DNA from: Antechinus flavipes
Lineage: Eukaryota
Length of the DNA stretch: 64,000 nt
Assembly (NCBI RefSeq): GCF_016432865.1
Contig: NC_067401.1
Span: 10,912,001 to 10,976,000 of the forward strand
Reading direction: 5' to 3'
Of the stretch, positions 37,230 to 60,200 are shown piece after piece. Made by a program: the position numbers and the translations under genes. Every line of letters begins with the position of its first letter. Position 1 is the first letter of the stretch. The notes under the pieces are model-generated. The model had not been told where the DNA came from. It made no database searches and was given only the letters and a program-made list of their open reading frames with translations.

Positions 37230-39427
37230 AAGAGCCAAAATGACAGAGTAAGCAGGAAATCTCCTGAATTTTTCCATATTCATCACCAAACAATTATAAA
37301 ATAGTACTCCAAAATGAATTTTGGACGATCAGAACCAGCAAAAAGACAGAGTGAAATAATTTTCTAGCACAAGAAACTTGGAGGGTTGACAGGAAAGATC
37401 ATACAGGACAGAATGTATCCTGGCAAGTCAGCAATAGGCCCTGCTTCAGCAAGTCAGAGGGAGGCCCTAAATCCCAATGCAGAATCAAGCAAGTAGGCAA
37501 ACACCAACACTAGGACCCTTCATGGGCAAATGCCAGTGTGGGGCCCCTCCCCCCCATACCTTAGTACACCAAGTAAGCTGCCAGATCCCTGTGGCTTCAC
37601 CACAGCACCAAATATCTCCTACCCCACCCCACTCTCTTCATCACAGCATTAGGCACAATGGGCCCCAGAGCAGCACCAGTACAGCATCAGGCAAACAGCC
37701 CCTAGCAACAGAAGTTTAGGACAGTGCCCCTTCCACCCCAAAGCAGAGTTCAAGTTTAAAAACAAGGAAAAAATGAGCAAAAAACTCAAAAAAAAAATTG
37801 ACCATAGAAAGTTATTATGGTAATAGAGAAGATCAAGACAGAAACTCAGAAGAGACCAACAACTTCAAAACATTTACAGGCAAGAGCTCAAAGAAAAATG
37901 GCAATTAGTCTCAAACCCAGAAAGAACTCATGGAAGAGATCAAAAAGGAGTTTAAAAACCAGAGAGGCAGCAGAAAAAATGGAAAAAGTAATGAGAATGA
38001 AGCAAGAGAATCATGAAAAACAAGTTAGTAGCTTGGGAAAAGAAGATAATGCCTTAAAAAGTAGAATTGACCAAATGGGAAAGGCAGTATAAAAATATAC
38101 TAAAGAAAATAACTCCTTAAAAATTGTTATGGGGCAAGTGGAAGCTAATGACTCTATGATTCATCAAGAATCAAACAAAATCATAAGAATTAAAACATTA
38201 AAGAAAATGTAAATTACTCCATTGGAAAAACTGACCTGGGAAATAGATCCAGGAAAGATCATTTAAGAATCATTGAATTACATGAAAACCATAATCAAAA
38301 GGAAGACCTGTACATCATACTTCAAGAAATTGTCAAAAAAAAAACTTCCCTGATATCTTAGAACCAAAGAGTAAAATAGATATTGAAAGAATACACAGAT
38401 TACCTCTGAAAAGAGAACCCAAAATGAACTTTCCCAGGAACATTGTAGCCAAATTCCAGAATTCCCTGGTCAAGGGAAAAATATTCCAAGTAGCCAGAAA
38501 AATAATTCTGACAAAATCTGGATTAATCAGGATTTAGCAATTGCAACATTAAAGGATTAAAGTTCACAGAACACAATAGTACAGAAAGCAAAGGAGCTAG
38601 AACTATAACCAAGAATCATTTACTCAGTGAAACTGAGCATAATTCTTCAAGGGGAAAAAATAATCATTCAATGAAATAAAAGGCTTTCAAGCTTTCATAA
38701 GGAAAAGATCAGAGCTAACCAAAAACTTGATTTTCAATATCAAGACTCAAGAGAAGCATAAAAAGGTAAAAAGGAAAGAGAAAATATAAGAGATTTAATA
38801 GGGCTAAATTGTTTACATGTCCACATGGTAAGATGATCCTTGAAATTCCTAAGAACTGTTTCACAGTGCAATTAGAAGGAGTAGACACAGAAAGAGGGTG
38901 TAAATATAAGGTGAATTTGAGGGAATGATATAAAAAGTTAATTAAGGGGTGAGAAATAAAAATACACTGGGAGCAGAAGGAAAAAAAGAGTTACAACAGG
39001 TTAAATTATTCCACATAAAGAGGCACAAAAGACCTATTACAATGGAGGGGGAAATGGGAGGGTAGATGTTGGGCATTCCTTGAATCTTACTCTCATTAGA
39101 ATTAGCTAAAAAGGGGAATAATACACGCCATCTGTTGAGTAGGTAAATTTATTTTTATCCAACACGGAAGTAGGAGAGGATGAGGTAAAGTAAGAGAAGG
39201 AGGTGAACTGATAGAAGGGAGAGTAGATTGGGGGAGATGATAGAAGCAAAACACTGATGAGGAGAGAAAGGGTAAAAGGAGAGAAAGGACAACAAGAAAG
39301 AAAAATAGGATGAAGGGAAATACAGTTAGTGAGTATAACTATGAATGTGAATGGGATGAACTCTCCCATAAAACAGAAGCAGTTAGCAGAAATAAATCAA
39401 AAATCAGAAGCCTAGAATATGTTACTT

Positions 39428-39465
<38 letters not shown>

Positions 39466-41520
39466 GAAGCAAAGAGACACACAAAAAGAATGTAAGAGGT
39501 TGGAGCAGAACCTATCCTGCTTCAGCAGAAGTAAAAAAGGCAGGAGTAGCAATCATTATCTCAGACAAAGCAAAATCAAAACTAGATCTAATTAAAAGAG
39601 AATTTGATAAATCCAACCAAAAAATAAGCAAGAAAAAATTAAGGAGGTGAATGGAATAGAAAAGTCAAATGTAACAGACATCTAGAGGAAATTAAATGGT
39701 AATAGAATACATCATTTTTCTCAGCAGTAAAAAGCACCAATACAAAAATTGACCATCTATTAGGACATAAAATTCTCAAAATCAAATGTAGAAAGTCAGA
39801 AATAGGAAATGCATTTTTTTTGGATCATAATATACTTAAAAATACATTCAATTGAGGACTGTGAAAAGATAACTTATAAATTAATGACAATTAAAAATCT
39901 AATCCTAAAGAACAAATGAATTAAAGAACAAATCAATCATTTGTTCAATGATTTCCTTAAAGAAAATGAAGACAATGAGACAACATATAAAAATGTAGGG
40001 GATGCAGTCAAAGCAGTACATAAGGCAAATCTATTTCTCTAAATGAGAAAAAGAACAGATCAGTTAATAGAACATGAAACTAAAAAAAAAAAAAAAAAAG
40101 AAAAAGAACAAAGTTTAAATCTCCAAAAGAAGAAAACCCTAGCATAAAAAATGAAAAGGGTGAATTCATCAGCGATAAAGAAGAAATTAAAGCAATAATT
40201 AAGAGCTACTTTGTCCAATTACATGTCAATAAATCTGATAATCTGAGTGAAATCAATGAATATTTACAAAAATATAAATTGTCCAGATTAGCAGAAGAGG
40301 AAAAAGAATGCCTAAATAACCCCATCTTAGAAAAAAAGGAAATTGAACAAACCATCACTGAATTCCCTAGAAAAATTTCCCAGGGCCAGATGGGTTCATA
40401 AATGAATTTTACCAAACTTTTAAAAAACAATTAATTCCAAATACCATATAAACTATTTGGAAAAATAGGCAGAGTCCCTACAAATTTCTTTTATGATGCA
40501 AATATGAGTACTTAAATCAGGAAGAGTAAAACAGAAAAACCACAGACCCATTTTCCTGATAAATGTTGATGCAAAACTTATATAAATAAAAAACTAGCAA
40601 GGTTACAGCAATATGTCACAAGGATCATACACTATGACCAGGGGAGTTTTATACCAGGAATATAAGGTTTTTCAATATTAAGAAAACTATCAACATAATT
40701 CACCATAGCAATAATAAAATTATTGATTTTACCTAGAAATTTAGATTTAGATTTAGAAACCATGTGATAATAGGTATTGAAAAAAAGCTTTTGCCAAAAT
40801 ATAGCATCCATTCCTATAATTTCTGTTCTTATTCATAAAGAGCATAGAAGTAAAGGGAACTTTTCTTAAAATGATCAGTAGTATCCATCTAAAACCATCA
40901 ACTAGCGTTATCTATAATGGGGATAAGCTAGAGGCCTTCCATTTAGATCAGGGGTGAAGCAGGGATCACTAGTATTATTTAAAATTAAAAAAATTCACAC
41001 AAACAAAGCTAATGCAACCAAGATTAAAAGAAAGCAGAAAGCTAGGGAACAATCTTTTCAGCAAGTATCTCTGATAAAAGCCTTGTTTCTCAAATATATA
41101 GAAAATTGAATCAAGTTTATAAGAATACACGCCATTCCTCAATTGAGACTCAAAAGATATTTTTCAGATGAAGAAATCACAGCTATCTGTAGTCATATGA
41201 AGAAATGCTCTAAATCCCTATTAATTAAAGAAATGAAATTAAAATAACTATCAGGTACCACCTCACATCTATCAGGCTAGCTAATATGACAGAAGGAAAA
41301 TGATAAATGTTGGAAAGGATGTGGGAAAATCTAGAAAAATGCATTATCCATAAAAGTTTTGAACTGATCCAACTATTCTGGAGAGCAATTTGGAATTATT
41401 CTTAAAGTGCTATCAAACTTTGCATATCCTTTGATCTAGCAATATACTACTACATCTATATTCCAAAGAGATTAAAAAAAAAAAAAAAGGTAGGGAAAGG
41501 ACCTATTTGTACAAAAATTA
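37230..41520 (+). mobile_element. Near-full-length but decayed marsupial L1 (5'UTR, ORF1, ORF2 with deletions)
   Basis: ORF1-like ATG at 37773 (MSKKLKK..TIESYYG); ORF2 endonuclease start MNVNGMNSPIK at 39341; RT and 3' motifs follow; many stops and frameshifts. Confidence 0.9.
39430..39463 (+). repeat. (CA)n microsatellite inside the L1
   Basis: Seen directly. Confidence 0.95.
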
Positions 41521-43940
41521 AAACTTTTAATTAAAAAATTTTAAAACCTTAAAAATATTTTCAAAGAAGTAGACAACTATCTTTACATGTAATTAGAAAT
41601 ACTATTTAGTAAAAATGAGTGCCAAAAATTGTTTTCACACATAATTGAAAAAAAAAAATGAAGCAGGATTCAAGACCTTAAAACTACCTTCTCTCCCAGA
41701 AACCCCTGACAAAAATAACTTCATTTGCTGTAGTAAAAAGGCCTGACTTTAATCCTGGGTCTGCAACTTATTCATTGTGAAATCTTTGGCAAGCTATTTC
41801 CCCTCCTAGTCTCAGTTTCCTCTTCTGTAAAATGAGAGGCTGATTTCTAAGATTTCTTCTAACCTAAATCTGTGGTCCCTATGACTGCCTGGAAGTCCCT
41901 GTGAAAATTCTGGCCCTGGGAATCCTTTCTGTTTTCCCCCAGTTCTATGTGAGATGTTTGGAAAAATTAATTTTATAAATCATGGTCTAGAACCCCACCA
42001 ATGCAACACATTCTATTTACAGACATACAATAGTGTGAATTCAATAGCAAAATGTTTCATTAGGACAGAATAGCAAGGTAGGTCAAAAGAAAATGAGGCA
42101 ACAAAATCCTTCTCCAGCTCAGGAAGGTCTTCAAATCCTGTCTCAGATACAAATCACTTAATCTCTCCCTGCCTCAGTTTCTTCAATGGTAAAATGGAGA
42201 CAATAAGAACAGCTACCTTCTAGGCTTATTATATGGATCAAATGAGATACGTGTAAAATGTTTCGTGCAATGCTTAGCACATAGTAGGCATTTGATAAAT
42301 GCTTACTTTCTTCCAGTAGGATCTATGTGGGACAATTATAGGCTGTAGCATGTTCAGCTGATTGGATCATTTCTTAAGGCATCAGATGGCTCCAGTCCTC
42401 CTTCATTAGACTGTGAGCTAATTAAAAACAAGGACTTTTTCCTTTCATTGTAGAGCTAGTACTTAGTTTAGCACCTTGCAGTGAGTCAGTCTATCAATAA
42501 ACATTTATGAAGAGTCTGTTCCAAGAACTGCACTGGGAAGATAAATACCAAAAAAAGTCCTTACCTTCAAAGAGTTTAAGATCTGTCTAAAGGAAACTGA
42601 AAGGAGGAGAGAGAAGGGGGTACCTGGTGAGGGAGCGTCTTGGAGAAGTCAAGAAGGTGGCTTGGGTATCTTATTAAATGGACTTCTGGAGAGGGAGTTC
42701 ATTTTTCTCCCTTCAAATAAGAGGGATTCCAGGGGCAAAGGGTGCTATGAGGTGAGAGGTCTAAGGTCAATTTAATCAACACACAGCAGGTGCTTAATAA
42801 ATGCTTATTGACTGGCTCCAGTTCTGACTCTCCACCAGGAGTAGCACAGCAATGTCTTCTCCATGCAATTCTGCTTGGCTTTGCTTCTAATTTTCCTTCC
42901 AAAGTTCTTCAAAGCGCCTTCTGACATAGTCCCTGGTCCAGACCCAAACCTACTGGGATATTCCCATTCTGAGACTTCCTTCGGGGAACACTAGCTCCCC
43001 CGCCTCTTTATTATGGATACATGACGCCAAACCAAAAAGCTTCGCGGAGGTGGAATAAGGGCAGGTTATGGAACCTGCATAAAGTTGTCCTTCCTGCTTG
43101 GGTCCAACCACAACTGTGACTCAACTTTTGATTGATGGTGAAGCCAAGATGGTGAACTCCTCGGCTGTTTGTGGGCACTGAAAGGAGGGGTTTGGTATCA
43201 TGTGGAAAAGTTCCCTTGGGCCTCCATCGACTTTGTGACGAGGGTGGGAGGGGATGGCTTCTGATTCATTCTCTTCCATCGACCACTGCATGACAAGTCG
43301 TGATAATCTCTGATTACAGACTTTTTGTGAGGAGATGAGCAACAGCCACTTCCATATGGAGTTTTTGCCTGGAAGCCTGTTCTGTTTTGTGCTTTCCTTC
43401 CTGGGTAGGTAACATATCTTTCTTTAGGTGAGAGGCGTCCTTCGAATAGCGCTAAGTGGGAGTAAGGGAAGTTCCAGCATCGCAGAAGAAAACCACTGAG
43501 AAGAGGAGGAGCCCCAATCCTTCGTCCATCTTGCCGGACTTTGAGGAAGACAGAGCCAAGGTGAACTGTGGAATGCCTAGTTGGGGGCCCCATAGTTGGG
43601 GGCTTTAGGTTCTGATGAGGTTTAATCCTCAGCCTCCCACCACTCTAACAGTGCTTTGGCTCCCCAGACCCTATCACCTTCCAGGTCATATCCATGCTTC
43701 CAGAAATCCTTTTCTGGATTAAATCCAACCACTCCTTTTTCTCCTGAGCAGTTTTTACCTTGGTTCTTTTGATAATGTCCTGGGGAACTAAATGGGATTG
43801 GCAGAAAAAGCTTAACTGATGGATAAGACTATAATGCAAGCAGGGAAGGACACTGATGGTGATCAGCTTAGCCCTACAGTCCCACCCCTGTGGAGACCTT
43901 GGGAAACCCCATCTTACCGCATCCAATCAGAAAGCCAAGC

Positions 43941-44382
43941 TGTAATGTCAAAGGCCGGAGGTTAAATTTCCCCTGTCAATCTGTTCAGAGCCGATGCCAT
44001 CTTAACCTGGTAGGTTCTTTCTCCTCCTCCTCCCCCTGCCTCATGTTGTCTTTCTCTGCCCCCTCTCCCCCTACTTCTCCTTCACATATAAGCTAACTAA
44101 CTCTTTTAGAGTGTCTAGGGATAAATCTGCCAGTCAATGGCATACTCCCACTTCATGGCGCAGTCTTTCTCCTGGATACTGTGATATGATCATTAAAACT
44201 CCTTTCCTTGTTAACTATACTGCTCTCCCAAAATCTATTTCATATTGATCACTCTTGGTATTTTTTTTTACCTCTTCTTCTCATGAATAAAGGTACCTTT
44301 TGGCAAGGAAAAAGCCACTATGAATTCTTCCCCTGCGCCCTGCGCTTTGGGCCTCACTAGGAGTCGCTACTGAACCCCAACA
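43941..44382 (+). mobile_element. ERV LTR followed by a PBS-like start (tttggtgcc) and a possible leader remnant
   Basis: Starts tgtaatg, has TATA-like catataag (about 44085) and AATAAA (about 44287), ends ccccaaca, then tttggtgcca. Confidence 0.6.
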
Positions 44383-45179
44383 TTTGGTGCCAACTCTCAT
44401 TAGGTGCCAGACCCCCACCCCATCACCCCCGACCCCTCCATAGTCTCCGCTGCTCTCCCTATTATTTTTTGGTTCCCCCTATTTTTTGACCATTCCCAAG
44501 GACCATCGAGGGGGATAAATTAACTACTTCCCAGTCTTCCTTCTTCCTGGAAGCTCCCGACGTAATTACCTGGCCTGGAAGATCCTCAATACTCTTTGGA
44601 CTTCCATCCCTGGAGCCTGAGACAGAGCCAGCTTAATAAGTGCTTACCGATTAGTTACTTTTTATATTATAGAACTATAATGGACACGGAGACCCAGCTC
44701 TAGTAATTGCTAGTTGGCGAGTCCCCCTCTGGAGGAATCGGAAGGCCTGGATGGAAGACTCTGGAATCTGCGGCTTGAGTTCGAATTCTGCCTCTGAAGC
44801 GGAGGACCTGTGTGACTGGACAAGTCAGTGACCAATGTCCCCATGTGCCGCATGAGAAGGTTGGATTTGAAGCTGGCCTTTAAGGTCGCTTTCAGCTCTG
44901 AATTTAGGATCCCACGAGGCTCAGTTTCCTCCCCTGTAAAATGGGGACAATACCAACATTATACAGAAACGGGTCCCCCGCTGGAGGGGACACCATAGAG
45001 CCTGTAGTATAATACCCTAGACTGGCTGTTGCTGTTGTTAGACATTCGTTTTTGAAGGGGACCGATGACATCACGTTTGGCGTGAATTGCATTAAAGTGA
45101 GATAGTTGTGCGAAGTCACATGTCTCCCTTTCTCTTCCAGAACCATCCACACCTAGTCTTCTTTGCATGTTGGTTAAAG

Positions 45180-45520
45180 AAATAAAGGACCACGTGAACG
45201 TCCCAGGACTACAATTCCCAGAATACACTTTGGAATTCATCCTTCGAGAGTGCGCACGTGCTCTTTAGCTTTTCCTAGTAGGGACTTGCCTGTAGCCCCG
45301 CCCCGCCCTTCCCCAGAGGCCGGCCGGCCTGACAGCCTGGTCACAGAACGCATGCGCTTCGCTGCTTGCTCCTTCTCTCCCTCCTGCCCACGTTCACACT
45401 CACTAACACACGCGCTCTACCTGAGGTAACGCTTCGCTCTCGTCCTCCCGGCTCCTTTTTGTCCCTTCTGGGCCGCGGTGGAAGCGGCCGGCCTCGCGTA
45501 AGCGGCAACAGTTGGCGAAG
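45180..45520 (+). promoter_or_regulatory. EIF2B5 CpG-island promoter with housekeeping motifs
   Basis: ZNF143/SBS ACTACAATTCCCAG 45208-45221; E-boxes CACGTG 45191 and 45255; GC boxes 45296-45308; NRF1-like CGCATGCGC 45349-45357; YY1-like AAGATGGCGG overlapping the ATG. Confidence 0.8.
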
Positions 45521-55209
<9,689 letters not shown>

Positions 55210-55892
55210 GGCCCGCCGGGGCTGCCCCGTGGGGGTGAGGAAGCCCAGGCACGAGCAGCCAGCCTGGCCCTGGGACTCGGGGACCCTTCCTCCCAGGCAG
55301 AAGCCCCGGGGCCCCCTCGGCAACGGAGCCACGGAGAAGAGGGGACCACCTGCAAGCAAGAAAGACCCGCCCAGGGACGGAGCAGCCCGCCTGGGCCTTG
55401 GGTCGCTGAGACCTCATCTCTAGCACGACGCTTTTCTGAGGACGCGGCTCCCTCTGCCCTCCTGACCTCTCGGGGGCGGCCGTGCGGCCGGCGCCTCGGC
55501 TGCTTGTCTTGACAATTTGAAAAAAGTGTGTTTTATGCCCTCCTGTGCCTTAACTGGCTCTTGGGTGTGTGGGCTGTGGAGGCAGCCCCCTCGAGGAGCA
55601 GAACTGCCAGGTGGAGCTGGGGCTGGGGCAGGTTCTGGGCCTGGGGAGAAGCCTCTGGGCTGGGGGGCTTGAACCCTGGGCGGGGCCAGACAGAGGAAGT
55701 GAAACTTGGGCATCTTCCCAGGCGTCCCTGTGCCAGGCGTCTGTCCGGCTGGTGGGATAGCCTCCTGGGCCGCCGCCTCAGTTCGGTCGGGAGGGTGGTG
55801 GGTGATTGGGCTTTGGCAGCTGCCAGCTGTGGGGGCCTAGGAAAGCAGGGATTCTGAGGAGCGGCCCCTCCTGCTTCTCACGACCAGAAACA

Positions 55893-55898
55893 AATAAA
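55893..55898 (+). terminator. Candidate EIF2B5 polyadenylation signal
   Basis: First AATAAA I could find after the stop codon, about 680 nt downstream. Confidence 0.35.
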
Positions 55899-56699
55899 TC
55901 TCGGCTGTTCCATCCATTCGCAGCCCTTCTGCTTCCGGCAGCCCCCGTGGGGAGCACAAAGGGAAAATGAGGCCGGTGGGGCAGGGATACAAATGGCTGG
56001 CCAGCCTATAGGGCAGCCACTAAATGGCCAGGAAGGGGACTGATGGGGGGTAAAGGCTCTCAGAAAGAGGCGGGGCTTCCAGCTGAGGAAGCCAAGGGTG
56101 GGGGAGGAGGGTGCCCACCCCAAGGAGCCCATGACCAGCCCCAAAAGGCCAAGGAGCCCTAGACTCATGGAAGCTTTCTAATGGGCGTGTGGGCAGTTCT
56201 GAGGAACGCGACTGGGGGAGAACAGCTTGGCCAAGGCTGCCTATTGCAGAAGTGGGGGCTACGAGGTAGACCCCAGGGCTGAAGGAGATGGAGAAGTGAC
56301 TGTGGCCCGATTCCTTCCCAGGGGAGACTTGGCGTGCTGCCGGTCATCAAAGGCCATTGTTATGGAGCATCGAGCTTCTATAAGATGGGGATCCGACAGA
56401 CCTCCCTTAGCCAGAGGGCCCCTCGTCTAAAGGGCTCACGTTGGGGTTCTCAGCCAACGGCTCCCACCTGCCCCTGAGGGGTCCCCAGCTGTGTGATGGG
56501 AGGAGGGCCCAAGCCCCGGGTTTTGGCTTTGGAAGCTGAGCGGGCCAGTCGCTCCCTGGGACTGATGTTCACCCTTGGTTCCGGAGCAGATTCGGGAAGG
56601 GGATTCTGGGCCATGAGAGCTGGGCTGCAGCCTCTGCCCCGGAGCCACCTGGAAAGGGGGTCGGATCCCGACCGGAGATAGAGGCAGGGCCGCCCCCTT

Positions 56700-57242
56700 A
56701 GCTGGGACTCATCCAAGCGCCCATCTAAACCCAGTGGGCAATCCGACGGGGGCGGGGCGCCGCTCGGGCTCTAACCCCTCCCCCGGGCTCTTCCAGCCTC
56801 CGGCCTCCCCGAAGCCCCCGCGGCCCGGCGGCCTCCCTGCGGCTCACAAAGGAGCGGGGAGCCCCGGGGACCACCCCCCTCGCTTTCCAGAGGCGGACCC
56901 CGAGGGCTCGCGGTCTGGGGGCCGGGGAGGGGCAGTGGCCGGAGAATCCCGGGGCGGGGCTGCCGGGGAGGAGCGGGCCGCCGGAAGAGTCGCCGTCGCC
57001 TCCCAAGCCAGGGAAATTGGGAGAGCGGAAGCTGCGGCGGGCAGCTGGAGAGGGGGGAGGCGGGAGGCGGGGAGGCGGTCGGGCGGCGCTGGGACCCGGG
57101 GGCGGCCGGAGAACAAGGGAGCCGCGGCCGCCGCGCTCCGGAGCGAGCCGCCCAGCGCAGCGCAGCCGAGCCCAGCGCTCCGGCCGGTCCGAGGCCAGGG
57201 CGCCCGCGCGCAGGGGCGGGGGGGGCGCGGGCCGCCGGGACC
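56700..57242 (+). promoter_or_regulatory. DVL3 CpG-island promoter and 5'UTR
   Basis: Very dense CpG, GC box GGGGCGGGGC at 56749-56758, directly upstream of the DVL3 ATG. Confidence 0.7.
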
Positions 57243-60200
57243 ATGGGGGAGACCAAGATCATCTACCACCTGGACGGCCAGGAGACGCCGTACCTGGTGA
57301 AGCTGCCGCTGCCCGCCGAGCGCGTCACCCTGGCCGACTTCAAGGGCGTCCTGCAGCGGCCCACCTACAAGTTCTTCTTCAAGTCCATGGACGACGACTT
57401 CGGGTGAGCGCGGGCCGGGCGGGGGGCCGGGGGCCGGGAGGGCCGCGGGCACCCGTGCCAGCTCGCTGCCCAGCGCCAGGCTGCCGCTGGTGGGCGGTGC
57501 CGCCGCCACCCCCCCCCCGAAGTGGCCGCGCGCTCGGGCTCCGGGGGCTCCTCTCCCGGCCCATCTGGCCCCGAAGGTCCGGGGGCTCCCGGCGGGGAGG
57601 GATCGCGCTCACCGGGGAGGCCCCGCGGGCCCGGGCTCTCCCCCTTCCCTTCGGGGCCTACACTCTCGGTCTGAGCCAGCTCCCAAGCCCAGCGTGGGGG
57701 CATTTAGGAGAGAGCCTTCCCCTTTAAGAGGGGATGGAATGTTGGAGCGAGTGTTGCTGCAGCCGGAAGGTTTTGTAGCAGCTGGCCTGGAGAGGCCCCC
57801 CTCCCCCTCCGCCCCTCCCCCCTGCTCCCCTGGGAATGGGGGAGGGGCTCCCTCTCAGTCTGGCAGGAGAAGGGACTGGGGGCTAGGCTGGGAGGCCCAG
57901 TGGGGGTGGCCACGGCCCAAGCTCCCGGGGCTGATGGGCTGCCTCCTCCTCCTCCACCCCCGTGCTCAGGTCTGGCTCTCTCGGGCTCTCTTTCTCTCTA
58001 TCTCTCTTTCTTTCTCTCTATCTCTGTCCCATCTCCCGGTCTTACTNNNNNNNNNNNNNNNNNNNNNNNNNNNNNNNNNNNNNNNNNNNNNNNNNNNNNN
58101 NNNNNNNNNNNNNNNNNNNNNNNNNNNNNNNNNNNNNNNNNNNNNNNNNNNNNNNNNNNNNNNNNNNNNNNNNNNNNNNNNNNNNNNNNNNNNNNNNNNN
58201 NNNNNNNNNNNNNNNNNNNNNNNNNNNNNNNNNNNNNNNNNNNNNNNNNNNNNNNNNNNNNNNNNNNNNNNNNNNNNNNNNNNNNNNNNNNNNNNNNNNN
58301 NNNNNNNNNNNNNNNNNNNNNNNNNNNNNNNNNNNNNNNNNNNNNNNNNNNNNNNNNNNNNNNNNNNNNNNNNNNNNNNNNNNNNNNNNNNNNNNNNNNN
58401 NNNNNNNNNNNNNNNNNNNNNNNNNNNNNNNNNNNNNNNNNNNNNNNNNNNNNNNNNNNNNNNNNNNNNNNNNNNNNNNNNNNNNNNNNNNNNNNNNNNN
58501 NNNNNNNNNNNNNNNNNNNNNNNNNNNNNNNNNNNNNNNNNNNNNNNNNNNNNNNNNNNNNNNNNNNNNNNNNNNNNNNNNNNNNNNNNNNNNNNNNNNN
58601 NNNNNNNNNNNNNNNNNNNNNNNNNNNNNNNNNNNNNNNNNNNNNNNNNNNNNNNNNNNNNNNNNNNNNNNNNNNNNNNNNNNNNNNNNNNNNNNNNNNN
58701 NNNNNNNNNNNNNNNNNNNNNNNNNNNNNNNNNNNNNNNNNNNNNNNNNNNNNNNNNNNNNNNNNNNNNNNNNNNNNNNNNNNNNNNNNNNNNNNNNNNN
58801 NNNNNNNNNNNNNNNNNNNNNNNNNNNNNNNNNNNNNNNNNNNNNNNNNNNNNNNNNNGTGGAAGGGAAGACAGAGTCGTGGGGAAGGGGGTCTTTCCTC
58901 ATCCAGCCGGTCCTCCTTCCGGGCTGGCCCATCCCTGGGAACAGAAAGCCTGCTTTGGGATGATACTACACGGAAAGTGCTCGGACCCGCGGGGGATGGC
59001 GGCTCCCATCAGTGCCCTGCTCGGGCCCGGCAGTTCCCCACTTCTTAGCCCCCCACCCGGCAGGTCACACTAACAGGCCCCGAGTTCTCTTGGCCCGGCC
59101 CCCAAGGGAGCACTCGGGGTTTCTGGGAGGAGCGGCAGCTCAGGACCTTCAGCTGGGTTTCACCCATTTGATCCCAAAGACGTGAATTCGCCAAACGTTT
59201 ATTAGGGGCCTCGTGTCCCCGACACCGGGAACACAAAGGGAGAACAGGGAGCTTCTGGTCTCTGGGCGGCAGCCGGGAAGTGTCTGAGCAGATTCTCCAG
59301 GCCCCTTGAAGAGGGATTGAGAAGGGCTGGGTCCGGTTTGTGGGACCCAGGGCCGAGTTTATGGGAAAGGGGACATGGGTCGAGATTTGCGTTTTAGTGG
59401 AAGAGAAAACTTCCTTAATCCCTTCCTGGAGGAGGAGGAGGAAGGTTCCTGGGGAACTGGCTCCGGAGGAAGAGAAGGTTTCGGGGAGAGCGGGGGGGGG
59501 GGGAGCACCCCGGGCGTGGGGATCACCGGCGTCCCGAGGCAGGAGGCGGCGCAGCCGTCTCGGGGACCCTCGGAGTCCGTTCGCTGGCTCTGATGCGGCC
59601 GATGGAAGGCGAGCGGTTCAAAGGCCAAGAGGATGAGATGGTCTCTGGTTCCCGCGGCGACGGGGGTCCCTGTGATGGGGCCGGGACCCTCGCAGAGAGA
59701 GATTTGGCGCCTTCTTGGAGGAGACGGGAAAGGGGACAGGCCGGGGAAAAGAAAGCCGATGAGCGGGAGTAAAAAAAGATTGTTGTGAGAGGTTTGGGGG
59801 TAGAATTGCCGTGTCCTGGGAGGAGGGAGGAGGGGGAGGCTGAGGAGACGGCCGTCGCCCCGGAGCACAGAGGGAGCCTCCAGAAAGGGGGAAGTTTGGG
59901 GAAGGGGAAGGTTCATGGAGACAGGGAGCACCCGGGACCAGGTGGGAGCACCCGGGACCAGGTGGGAGCACCCGGGACCAGGTGGGAGCACCCGGGACCA
60001 GGTGGGAGCACCCGGGACAAAGTGGGAGCGTCCGGGACAAGGTGGGAGCACCCGGGACAAGGTGGGAGCGTCTGGGACAAGGTGGGAGCACCCGGGACCA
60101 GGTGGGAGCACCCGGGACCAGGTGGGAGCGTCCCGGACAAGGTGGGAGCATCCGGGACAAGGTGGCCTTTGTTGGCCGTTGTTGATGGACAAGATTTCTA

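Noticed and set aside
42977-42994. LVFPEG acyltransferase-like motif on the minus strand
   Set aside because: No HxxxxD or other PlsC motifs at appropriate spacing, and flanked by stops.
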